Of a stretch of 64,000 nt of DNA, positions 24,975-38,200 are shown piece after piece. Where the stretch lies: positions 2,294,001 to 2,358,000 of the forward strand of contig OZ037766.1 in assembly GCA_964035545.1 (NCBI GenBank), in the 5' to 3' direction. Within the stretch, counting starts at the first letter, position 1. The number at the start of each line of letters is the position of its first letter. The notes below the pieces were generated by a model. The model worked only from the letters and a program-made list of their open reading frames with translations, was not told where the DNA came from and did not search any database. The position numbers were made by a program, and so were the translations under genes. Origin of the DNA: Bugula neritina. Its lineage: Eukaryota; Animalia; Bryozoa.

Positions 24975-26268
24975 ACTATATCTAGTGTTTACACAAGAAG
25001 CAGAAAGCTGCTGCATGCAATCTAAAAAGGTCATGGCATATTATACAGAGCTACAGTAGCTTAGGAAATTATTATAATAACAATTTTATTTTGCGCTGAC
25101 ATGACTTGGCTTATAAGGACTTGATATTTTCAACTGGCTTTTTTTTTATTTTTATTATAGTTATATCTGTAATAAATTTTGGGTAATACAAAATTTAATA
25201 TAAATTATATAGAACTTTGAAATTTTATTATTTATATTTACATTTATCATTATAAATGCATTTTTATTTTCATCTGTGACTGTTTACACAAAGAAAATTG
25301 AAATTTTTTTATTGAATTTACTTTTTACTAAAATTCTTTTATAGCATATTATGTCTACAGAGTCATGGAGTATAAATATTTTAATTCAGCTGCTTTGAAA
25401 CATATGACTAATACTTCTTTAAGCATTTCACAGCAAATGGCACTCGAATCAGCACTGGCTATAATAGAAGTTTAATTTTTCTATAATATAAGTTCCATCA
25501 AGTAATATAGCAACATATTTTATTTGTAATATATACTAATGCAGATTTTATTCCTATTATCCTCACCATATTAATAACATATATAGCCTTTTGAACATGT
25601 TATATGATAAATACAATTTTAGAATGATTAATTCGCATGTTATTACTATATTATAATTAGCCATATTGTGGCTATGCTTGTATGATTGCCTCATTCAATA
25701 TTGCTTTAATTAAAGGGATCAAGCAGTTTATGATGGAATATTTTGTTGGTGCAATTAAGATTATTTACATACTATTTCTTTTGTATATTCATATATTGTA
25801 TTATAGCTAACTTGTTGTCATAGGCATGCTTTAAGAGAGAAAGCTATGTAAAGCTTGCAGACAAAAAGCTATAGTTTTATACACATATTGTTATACTCAT
25901 TCTTTCTCTACGACTTGGTCTTATAACATGTTAAATGCTCAATAAAGCTTATTCTTATATTAGTACTACAATTTCTGCTTTTTCAGCAATTACCAAGATA
26001 ATAAGCTCGCATAATTTTTCTAGAAACAGAAATTTTTATTATTAGCAGAAAAGTATAATGTTTAAAATTTACTAATTCAAAAGCTAGCTATTTCGGTCAT
26101 TGAGAATTTTTTCTATATTATTTTTTTGTATTAATAAAATGGGAGAAAAAAAATTACTCACAAAAATGAATTAAATTAGAAAGAGATAGTGTGTAATATT
26201 ATTTCTCTTATAAACTATATTAAAAATAAAATTTGGTTATTTTAAGCCAATTATATTTCAGTTTTCAT

Positions 26269-29162
26269 TTAATCAGATAAATCTGATGAGTATAATCCAC
26301 GTCCACTAGCGGAGCCTCCTAACATCAATCTCCCTTTGCCAATGTTGTAAACTTTTTTACTCTGTCTTGAACCAGTTTCCGGAAAAAGCGTTATTTGTGC
26401 TCGACCAAACGTGAAAATATTTCTCCAACCTTCTCCTGATTGGCTACTGCTATCAAATGAGACATCACTACTTGATGACCCAACTCCAGGAACTAATGCT
26501 AGTTTATTTCCGCCCAGCTGGAAGATTTGTCTCCACTCAGGATGTTGACTGCCCAGATACCGAGTATTTCTGTTGACATATCGGGTTCCTTGTGTACGGG
26601 AGTTGTATGCCTTTGACTGGTAAATACTTGGGTTCAACCTAGCTCCTGTTGTTATTGGCCTTTGTCTATTTGTCCTTCCATTGAAACTAAAAAGTAACAG
26701 TAAAACAAAATTATTCTACAGTTTATGTCAAGGTGAAACATTGATTTATATAATTTTTGCTTGACCTGAGATTTGCTTGACCTGCAAGCATGCATTTTTA
26801 GATATTATTTAAATAATACTGCACAAAAAACTACCATTCTGAAAAGTTTTTTCCTATTGATACTAAAATATTTTTTTTTATATTATGTAAAAACATTATC
26901 TTTCTTTAAAATTCTGTTTAAACTCACCCAGGGTTAGCCAAGTTGTAGGGTAAAGAGTTTTGTCCCGGTGATAGATATTGCTGACCCTGGTTATAAATAG
27001 TCCTTTGTCCAAGAGATCCATATTGATATTGAGGAGAATACCCTAAACCTCCTCTCTGATAGGCTCCCCTGCTGCCAATCTGCCCTCTCTGATACTGAGA
27101 GTTTAGGAGTTGCAAGCTGTACAAACTGTTCTGGGAACCTCCAGGTATGAGTCGTCCGCCATTGGCTCCTCCAAACACTGATCTACCTCTACTCCTTTGT
27201 GCATAAAAATTAAACATCAGAAATCAGTTTCTAATGTAGAAGTTAAATTTTGGAATAGACAAAAACACAAATAAGTATTTTAAATTACTGATTCCCTAAT
27301 TTTATTGCTTTACAAAGTGACCAATGCTTGCAGTAATTTAAGTAGAAGCAACATTGGTAAAAAAAAATTATTACTCAATATTTTCATACCATATTATTAT
27401 AATACTGGTATATATTACTCACAACAAAAACAAATGACAATTGTGCCGCCACTCAAAGCATTAGATTATGTTTTTTTGATAAATTTAAATATTTACACAA
27501 TTTTACCAAAGCTCTGTAACCTAGTAAAAGAGTGCGTACATATTGAAAATTATAGTGACAAATTGAAATAAAGAAAATAACAAAATTATTATAATAAAAT
27601 AATTAATATGTTTGTCAATTTCAAATGGACAAAGAAGGCTTACAAAGGTGCTCCAAGGTGGGAAGTTTGTGCATAGGATGTGCGGGCACCATTATAAGGT
27701 GTGCCTGGGTTGTAGTTAACTGAATTGTATTCTATCGGTTGTAGTAGCCTACAAGTATTAGCAAAAGCGAAATGATATTATGGATGTGTCTATAAGAAGT
27801 ATAAATACACAGACTGTCTTAAATAGAATTCCAATGTATAGACAACACCGTTTAGCTTTTGATGTATAACAATGATTTAAAACATATAATATATTAATTC
27901 ATTTGTCCCTGCAATTGGTTTATGCTGCAGTTACACCATCAATATTATACAAAATTTGTTTGTTTTGCATTGTCATTAAATAATGATGATAAATGATATA
28001 AATATTAATTTTATAGAACACAATAGAAATTATAAAATTAACTTTAGCATAGCATTGCCTTACCGAGATCTTGTTGATAGGCCTGGGTTTTGGTAAGCAG
28101 AAGGTGGCTGTAATTTGTGGCTAGTTGCTGACTTTTGGCCTATTGACCCTAAAGGTCTAGAAAACATAAAAGTTATATAATAAATTTTATGAACACCATA
28201 AATTAATTTAAACTATTTTTCGTTTTCTATTATTATAATTGTTAAAATTAGGCATTATTAATGTTAGGATATTATATCTGTTTGCGGTTTTTAACTTACT
28301 GAGTAAGAGAAGGTTGGTTCAATGGTCGGTACGGTAAAGGGGCCACGTGAGGCTGGTGTGCAGTCAGGGAATTCCCCTGAGATAATGGTCTCAGTAACCT
28401 ACAAGGTGAACGTTTTCTGTTAATATAAAAGTACAAAATTTTATGCGCTATAATATATACAATCAAATAAATATTACATGCATATATGTCACAGCTAGGA
28501 AAGCTCTTAGTGATTTATCTAATGAATTTAGGCAAGTTAGGCATCATATAATATATTTTATGTTCATGTCACACAAATTTGGTTTTAATTTCTTATTTTG
28601 AATGATTCTCTAATACAGGTTACGCAAGGCCATATAAGGTTATATAGGAAATATTATTTATTATACGTAACTATAATAAGTGCTCTCAATAGTGAAAAAT
28701 ATTTAAAAAGTTTTATGGTAAAGTTAGTTATAGCTTGATAAAATTATCAACTTGAAAATTCGTACTTTAATTGAATAGTTTTGTATAAAATCCTTATGTT
28801 GCTTTTGTTAGGCAATTATTATTATTTTACTTAACATAAAACTAATCTAATTATGACATTCTAAGTAAAGACATAGTATATAATTGAGCTAATATACTCT
28901 ACCCGGTTTGCTGTTGATTTCTTCGGCCTAGTTGCTGTGGTAAGCCTAGAGTTTTTGAGTGAGAGTAAAAGTTGGGGTTGGGGTGGAGAGGTTTTGCTCC
29001 GTTAGCCTGTGCTGCAAGATACTTGTTGGAGTTTTGCTGGTGAAACGCTTTAGAGAAGTGCTTTCGGGTGGTACCCTGGCTATGATGGCTTGTTCCATTT
29101 ATGGAATAGACCAGCCCAATTCCAAAGCAGAAAACTAGCAGCGGCAGCAAAAGTTTCATCAT
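26269..29162 (-). CDS. G5: secreted ~413-aa Gln/Gly/Ser/Tyr/Pro-rich protein, paralogue of G3 at the C-terminus (6 coding exons)
   Basis: Exons 28903-29162, 28300-28398, 28064-28156, 27644-27748, 26928-27194 (alternative in-frame acceptor at 27188) and 26269-26686. All five introns are GT-AG and phase 2, and the joined 1242-nt frame is open. Signal peptide MMKLLLPLLVFCFGIGLVYS. Confidence 0.85.
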
Positions 29163-29476
29163 CTTAAAAAGTTCCAATAAGTTCTGAAAAACAAACAACT
29201 TTTAAGGCGAAGTTCTATACCAAGTAGAGATTATAAGAATATGTTGCAGTGGTAATCAGTGATTTATACTAAAAGAGAAAGATACAACTTTTGAAAAAAA
29301 ATTGTATACTCCTGTGAGCAACATGGAAAATATTAGAAAAAAATATTAATTATGGTGAAAATAAATTTTTGATCTGCTTTATACACAGACTATATAAAAC
29401 TGCCTATTTTAGTTCTATAAACTGTAATGCTATATTCATAAGTCAAATTAACAAAAACCATATGTTTGCTGCTTAC

Positions 29477-29538
29477 CGTACTCAAAGGAAGGTTTGACAA
29501 AGAGTGTGGAATATTCACAGTGTCAAACTGTTTATATA
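29477..29538 (-). promoter_or_regulatory. G5 TATA box and non-coding exon 1
   Basis: TATATAAA at 29531-29538 (minus), donor CG|GTAAGC at 29477, acceptor ttttcag before 29183 just upstream of the ATG. Confidence 0.7.
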
Positions 29539-30532
29539 CTGCATAACATGATGATATCACCAAATATTTTTCACTATAAACACAACTAAATTGGTACTGC
29601 AATACAAATTCCGCGCTAAAGTTGTCAAAAAGAGTTGTCCATTAGCCTTTAATTTCCACAAGTGATATCCTAATTACATCTGTTCTCTACTTGTTGATGA
29701 TAAATTATGACTAAGCACAATATTTGTTTGCATCTTATAATCGTATGTAATACTTTTATACTATTTACCAATTTATTGTTTTTATTTCGAAATAGCTACA
29801 AGCCTTATTTTTCCTCAGTGTCTTGCAGTGATCAAAATTCTACCTGTGTCAGGTAAAATAGGAAAGGTAAAATTACATATACATACACACTATAATGACT
29901 TCCTTATTTATTGCTTCCACTAAACCATTTACGAAAATTAATTTGACAGGTCATTCCTGCATGATTATATAAATAGATATATATCATATAGATAAACATG
30001 AGGGTCAGGTATAATTATAAACTCAGATAATCTATGCTTTTACAATTGATGAGTCAGAAAAAGATTAATTACCCAGAGTGGCTAATCAATTAAAATATGG
30101 AAGGTGGTATCATTTTACATCATCAATTGGCAATGCCAATTCCCATATAGTCACACATACATGTACATGCTAGCTATAGTCATCCATAAACACCTAATAG
30201 CTACAAACTCTGGTTCTATGGTATAATATACATCATGAAGTTAAAACAGCTCTAATGTTCAAATACTAGTAAAAATTTCTAGTGACTTTTTTCATTTCAT
30301 TATTAATATGATTATTTTTTACTAAATATTTGGAAAACAGCAATACTATAGCTTCCAATATTAGTAGGACTGGTGCTTCTGTGTGCAATGACATATAGGG
30401 GATTGCAGCGTCTATACGGCTATCGATATATTACATATCACACATTAATTAAATGCACTTAAACAAGCAATGGTAAGTATTTTAAGCAAGGATTGGGAAA
30501 ATTTAATGTAGGACAAAAACAATCATGACTTA

Positions 30533-30832
30533 CCCCCTAGACACACTTTGCCGCATTGCAAAAATGTTAAAACGTAAAATATCAGTCATTTTAATGTATC
30601 CAGATTGAAGTTTTTAAAGTTCACTATTAGGTACGATCCATGACACTTTATTGGACAATTATATAATCAAATGATCTATAATTGACACAAAAGTTTTTCT
30701 GTCCAATAGGAGCCTTGTGCAACTTATTTGAATCAAGCAGTGCTTGGTCCTAACTTACAACAACGCGGTATAACAAGAAGCTCGAACATTTGTAAAAATG
30801 GCTGATATTTGCTGTTAAGTGTGAATAGAGGG
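30533..30832. mobile_element. Degenerate, internally deleted relative of the Harbinger-type MITE at 11159-11841
   Basis: Termini CCCCCTAGACACACTT ... AAGTGTGAATAGAGGG flanked by TTA/TAA. Internal CCAATAGGAGCCT...TTGAATCAAGCA.TGCTTG is shared with 11696-11738. Confidence 0.7.
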
Positions 30833-33800
30833 TAAGTGCCATACTTGACGTCACCGCGCTGCTCCCTATAATATTAAAGTAAATAACTATTATAGACTAT
30901 CTATATCTTGTCACGTTTGGCTAGCTCTACAATCATCAGCTTTAAGTTTTTTATTGTGAGTATATTGTATAGCACTTTAAGTAAACTTTATAAAGCTATT
31001 ATACTTATTATGGCTATTGTGTTTCTTTTACATTTCACGCCTCTGCGCGATATATCCTCTATAATAAAAGTAATTTCAATGATTGCAACAACAGCTATTT
31101 AAGCAATAACTAAATAAATGCTATTTGTATATGCAAGTTGCGAAACTTGAGAATTTCTATAATATAGCGCTGTAAACTAAATTCTAGCTATAAAACAGTT
31201 AAGGCAAATTAAATATATATAATATAATTATATAGTCAATGTGGTTTATAAGCAACAATTTACCTACATTAATAAAGGCTAAACTACATCAAATACATTA
31301 TATTTTGTATATATATAGACATAGTTTTATAGATAAAGCAGACGCATTTTCTTATAATATTTTAGTTTGCACATCACCTCCAGCTATAACCATAACTTTC
31401 TATACCAATTAATTACTAAATTTAAAATAATGACGCATTAGCTTAAACACAGGTTGTTACCAGTTGCTTAAATCCATCCTTACTAAAAAATTCTTTAAAA
31501 CTACAAAAGAACTTAAAAAACCTCAGTTTGCCAAAATATATATGGCCAATATATTAGCAGTCAATTATAGATGCTAAATTAAAAAAATATATAGTGAAGT
31601 TTGTCTAAAAGTAATTTTAAGTTTAATTTACACAATTATAATTTTTATTTTGGTTTATAGGTTCATATATGAGAGTTTATTATCTTTCCAAAACTGTTTT
31701 TGTTTTCATTATTATAGGAGCTATAACCGTATATATCATATTATGCAATATGGTTACATTTTGAATAGAAATAACTTATCAAGTTTGCCATTTTTTCTCT
31801 CATTTAGTATTTCCTGTTTCATGTAATTTCCTATACAAATAATGCATGCACATGCCAATCTATTGAATAATCTTCACAATTGCTGCGTTTAGCCTATAGC
31901 TCAGATATTATACTCCATCTATAACTCAAATTAGTTCTAGAGGAAAAGAAATTTAAATAATTTTGCAGTCTAATACATGGCAGAATAGGGCCTTGAGCAC
32001 AGGTAGTGGTGGTAACTACATTATAGACAACAAATGCAACATTTATAGGATTTAATGGTAAATGAAAATGTTGCTCGTTATATATGTTAACACATGCACA
32101 AATGCAAATATAATACTAACATAGTGATTGCACAAATAGTCCATGTTCAATAAATTTTTTCTCATGAAAATTGGAAAAACTTTTTCTCAACAAAAAAATT
32201 AAAAACTCTTTTAATTATTGTGTAATAATAATTATATTGTATATGTATATATGTATAGTATGTAGCTAAATTGTTTTGTAGCGTTCCACTAACACTTTAA
32301 CTATCTTACACCTTAATGAGTGTTTATTTTAAAGATAATTGAAATAATAGTAGTATAGTTGAAATAGTTCTACTCCAAGTGTTCACAATGCTGTTAAGTA
32401 ATATATTGTTATAATAAATTTGATTTTAACTTGCAATAAAATAAGTATTCAATTTATAGTTAAGGCGGGAAGTTTTAAAATATACATTAGGCGTTAAAAT
32501 ATTACATGCAGCAATTATATTATTTTATGCAATATAAAATCTATCAGGCATGGCTTACATAACCTATTTTTTAAATTATTTCATAAAATACTATATTATT
32601 ATGGCTACATATATTTATTAATGAACTTCAAATATTCTAGTTAAATATATTTGATGGACTAAAATGAGAATAATTTTGGTCTTCTTTAATAGCTTGTATA
32701 GATTTGCTATAATATAGTAATTCATCAAACATTTCCTGATATTATTATGAGCATATAAAATAGCTATAAACTGTAAAACTTGTAGAAACAAGTTCTTTGT
32801 TGCTTATTATAGGTGCTAAAAGTGATATCAAATATCAAGATAAAAGTTTGTTCTATGTATGGAAGCGATTATATTAATTTTGGTGTATGTGCAAAAAAAA
32901 TTATTCCTTACATTTAAATGGTATTTTCAATCTTGCAACCTTAACTTGCTTAAAGAATTCCTGACACAGTTCACTTATACAGCATTAAAATATTCTTATA
33001 ATATATATATTAGTTTTAATCTACATATGTGACCTGGCACCACAAAACAAGGGATGTATATAAAATGTTGAAAACTTAGTTATTACTATGGAGTGATAGA
33101 GCAGATTTTCTCGAACATTTTGCACTTTGTTTGAAGTCTCTAGCATAAATAGAACTCGAGATATCAGTATTTAAAAACTTGAACGTTTTTAGAATTTCTA
33201 AATTACTGTTTCGAGAAAATCGCGTTTAAAGTTTGTCTTAAGGTTGGATGCCTATAAACAATTTTGTTTTATAGTGAATTTTGTGCAAGTATATTTACTG
33301 AAATGATTTGGATTTCAGATTGTTTGGAAATGACATTTCCAGTGGCTTTGAATTTACTCCTACAATAAAACTCTTACTAATTATAGCTAACTTTCATTGC
33401 ATGCTATTTATAGCTAGTGCAAGCTGCACGGCCTAATCACCGATATGGGTTGCAATTTTAAACTTTGAACTTTAAAGCCATATATCAGTGGTTTTCCTGT
33501 TCTTATTGTCTTGTCCACAAATTCCTCTCCTTCTCTTTTTTGCTTTCTTCCTAAAATACATATGTCTTCCCACAATTCTCTTGCCTTCCAGTCAACATGC
33601 AGCCACTTACTATGCGTGTTGCATTTTGCATCATAGTGTATCCATTTAACACAGGTGTCATCACGTAAATTTACTTGAGCAACTCATCAGAAGAATTGTG
33701 ATGAGCTAAGCCTAAGCTTGTGGTATTCAAATATAATAAACTTTTGTGCAGAAAAATTATATTTGTTGATTATTTAATTTGTCAGAAAAATTTGCTTTGG

Positions 33801-35293
33801 AAAATATTTTGAAATAATTTGGAGTTGCTTGCACCAAACAGGATGCGACTTATACAGATAACTCTCATATAATGTAGCATTTCTTACATGCATTATAGTT
33901 TGCATATTAAACTGGCTGAAACGAGTATAATTAAGATTAGTATTCTTATTTCGAAACTCTTTCTATTTAGTTACACTACATGTAACATGTAGTGCAGCAT
34001 CAAAACCTACTTTGTGAAGAATCTTTCACTTTTCATTAAAATTTAAATAACTTTTTAGTGAATCTGGATTTTACCAGAAACACTGAGTGAGTGTGTGAGT
34101 TTGCGTGTGTCTTCACACACTTTTTTATAGTTCTCACTGCTTCTGTATATATATATCATGGCATGATTATGGTTGAAGAACATATAAATTATTGCACCAA
34201 TCATTGCTTTGCAAAAGCAAAATAATACCATTTTCTAGATTGCTTCTTTACAAGTCATAATTATTGTTTTTGTCAAAATATTAGTGTGAAGCATATCATG
34301 AGATAAAAGAATGCTTTCAACTCAATAAATCTTACATTATAATTTTGCTATTTGCCAAATTTTTTTTCATTATTCAAATATAATTTTTTTCTGTTTTAAT
34401 TCTATAAACAAGATCATGTAATAATATGTTATGTTTAGTGCTAGATTGCACATCTTTTAATTTTTATGTTGTTTTATAATTATCAGATTGGCGGAAAATA
34501 ACCAATAACAAAATACAATATAATATACATGTATATGACGACTCATTCAATTGCAGCTTACCGACTTGCTATTTTGTTTTTATTTTTTTATATTATAGGC
34601 TCAAATAAAAAATTATTATACTATACTCAGGAGATTTATGAATTGAACATAAAATAAGTGCTTTTAAAAAAACTATTTTTAGAAAAAAAATTAAGAATCA
34701 GTACTAAGAATATATAGTCAAAAACTAAACAGAGACAAAGTCAAGCTAGATCATGCATGCATGAAATAGAATTGTCATTTATATAGGCAACATTTATTAG
34801 AACAATCAATTCCTAAAATTATTTTTTAGTTCTTAACCAAACAGAAACCTTCATTACGCTGTTATACAATATTTTATATTATATAGATGGAATTTCTACT
34901 GTATTATTACAGAAAATTCGGAATAAACAATTTCATAAAATTTCAATGTTTTATCATAATCATCATAATCATCATACATAGCAGTCTGTAATTAAGCCAC
35001 ACGTCTTATATAATAATAAATTGATTACCATAATATTTTTAGAATTATATATTATATATATATATATATACTATTTTACAACGTTATTTGTGTTATGTCT
35101 AAACAATACAACTAGACCACTATATATAGAGGTAATATATAACGTTATCATAAACTACCATATTTATAGACAGCAAAGAAATTGTGATTTCGCAGCTATA
35201 ATAGCTGTTCAAAACTTGATTGCTTTCTTCAGTTAAATGTCTTTGGCTCTCCGTCATCAAATATAGCCAGTGTGGCACTAACGCCTGGTGTCT

Positions 35294-38200
35294 TTAGTAA
35301 AATGCTAAAAATAGAAAAACATTGCATTTGATTATTCTCATTGTTATCTCATACAGATGTAGATACTTGGTGCCAAAAGCCACACTAAAACTGGCAGCAT
35401 GTACTGTAACATTTTATTAAATATGTCATGGATTAAAGTTATAAGGCATGCCAAATTCTTATATTATTTTTTATAACTATTGGCTTTAGCATATTCCACA
35501 TACTCAAGTATTTATTATCAAAAAAAAAATAGTTTATAAAAAATTACATTAATACATACATTTTAATAATTGAACAGTTTTTTGTCACAAAAATTATTAT
35601 TATCATATAGATTTTAATAATTAGGACTCAATATATATAAGCCTTATATTTAAGAATTTTGACTTTGCATTTTGATTACCAATGTGTGGGATGAAAGGTA
35701 TGCAAAGGAAAATAATAATATTCAATTAAAATATCTGTGCATATATAGACCTTTTATAGGCGACACCTATTACTCATAATATGCTCTTATATATTAGTAA
35801 TTATAGTTTTTTTTAATTTGCAATTTCATTATTAAAACTAATCCAATTTTCACTCCACCTAAAAATATTATAAAGCATTTCAAATAAGTTTGATTTTCTA
35901 ACATGTAACGAAGTGTATTATAAAAAAAAAAATCATTTTTTTATTTATACACATATATTGCTGGCTGGCATCAGAAACTACAAAATGTAATGATCAATTG
36001 AGTCAACTTTCAATTTAATCCAGTAAACAATATAAATCCTAATCTAAGTAAATTATTCAAAAAACAATGGGGTTTTATATATATAGCAATTATAGTGAGT
36101 TATACTACGTATAGCTACCAAAATAATTGCTGTAGTTTAATGATATACGAGTATAATTGGCAATTATTATTTTAGATAAGATGTGTGTGCTTTAATCTTA
36201 CTCTATTATATTTGTAATACCAAATAAAATATTTAGAACGGTACAAATAGGATGCTCTTTTTGAACAGTTTAGCAATTGGTCTAATTAAAGAGCTAAAAA
36301 GCTTTAGTCTAGCTAATAAATAAACATGTGAAAGAGTAAAGCAAAGCTCAGCAGCTGCAGCTATAATATATATACTAGTGTAATTCTCACTTTGACAGTG
36401 TTGTTATTTCTTATATCACATGCAGTGTCGTAAAGAACTCATGTGGCATCAATCAATCAATTATTGGATTGAAACTTACCTGATCCCCATCTCCTTTGTC
36501 CATATCTTTTTCTATACCTGTAAAACATATCAGCATATTTTAATGTTTATTATATACAACCAACTGGCTTTTGTTATGTCAATTAAATTGTACTGCATGC
36601 ATGAACACGTGGAGGTTAATTAAAACCGCATGCAGTTTGCTTAAATATTATTATGACTGCATGTATAATCTTCCAACTTTATTATGTAATGCAGAATCAT
36701 TAAAATGCAAAACCTTATGCTATTTTGACTGTTTACTGATTAAAGAACCACGTTAGACTAAAATAAACTAGACAAATGTGACCATTAAAAGCTCTCATGA
36801 ATACTTCTATAAGAAAGATTCCAATAACAGTATATACATTTCTCTGTCCAAACTTATAACTTGCCAAACAAAATAAGCATTGTTTGATTTATTAGGCTTT
36901 ATATGTAAATTTATGAAAAAAAACATCCATTCATCAAACTTCAACGGTTTTAAAATTAATTACAAATATTATGCTTAGCAAAGGTCAATAAAAATGCAGG
37001 TGAACGGTTTTACATCTAAATGCATATATACAATATAGCTGAGCGTTTAGATTAAATGCATTATAATAATATTATAGTTTATTTGTTATGTGGGTTTTGG
37101 AAAGTATCATCATAGCATGTTGGAAAGGTTTCATAATCACAATTAGTTAGGAAATTGACTGATGTAATAAAATAATAAATAAATAACTTAATGTTATTAT
37201 ATAATGAATACATTATTCTTGAGTTAGATTATATAGCCAAGCTAAAGCTTACTAATAATATAATGCACATAATAAAGTAGTAGTTTTATTTAAACTTGAT
37301 ATACTTTAAAGTCAATTAATTTCCCTAATGATTTTCATGTTACTAAATAAGAATTAAATAAGAATTATAGAAAAAACTTTTAAAAGGGGTTTTGTTATAA
37401 CATGCAATAACTGTATTATATATGCAGTAGAAATGCTATAGATTGACAAATGCTCCATAAATGCACTATTATTATAACATAGCGCACATATTTTGTACAG
37501 AGGATAGTTTTCCAGCCCTTTGCAGGCGTGCAGGCATGCAAATTAATTAACATAATATTTTGGTAATAATTGGTTATATATATAAGCAAGCTTTGAAGTT
37601 TGATGAATAAAGGTTTTCTTATATTTACATAAATAGCCCATTATACATAAAATGAAGTTATGTTTACAATGCACATCACTAGCTAAATGAGGTCTACCAT
37701 CCTTTTTAATTATTATGATAATTTAGTTATTAGCAGCTATATATATATACATTGTTAATTATTGCATACTTGGTTAAACAATCTATTTTAGCCTACCACC
37801 TATTATACCTAGCTATACATAAAAAATGATCTTTGTTTGAAACCCTCAAATTCTTGTGGAATCTTCTGCATGATAGGAATTATAGAAAAGTCAAAAACTG
37901 CCGCTTTTACCCAGTTTATAACACAGTATTTTTTCTTTTTGAATATTTTTGTTTGTTAAAAAGGAAATGCATTTATGACTATTATAGGTACACTGGCACT
38001 TGCATAGATAGCCATGTGACAGAGTTGATTCCACACAACCTTGAGCATCAAATGCCTAACAAAGTTGCAAGGCATCTTTTTCCTTCTATACTAGCAGTAA
38101 AATTCTAAAACCTACTATGTATGAGCACTGTTTAAGTGACTACAGCATGAACTTGATTTCACCTGTCACCACCCCAATTCTATGCAGTGTTTCCCCTCCT

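Noticed and set aside
33028-33252. TGTGACCTGGCACCACAAAAC, resembling a DNA-transposon terminus
   Set aside because: No matching second terminus or TSD found, so boundaries cannot be supported.
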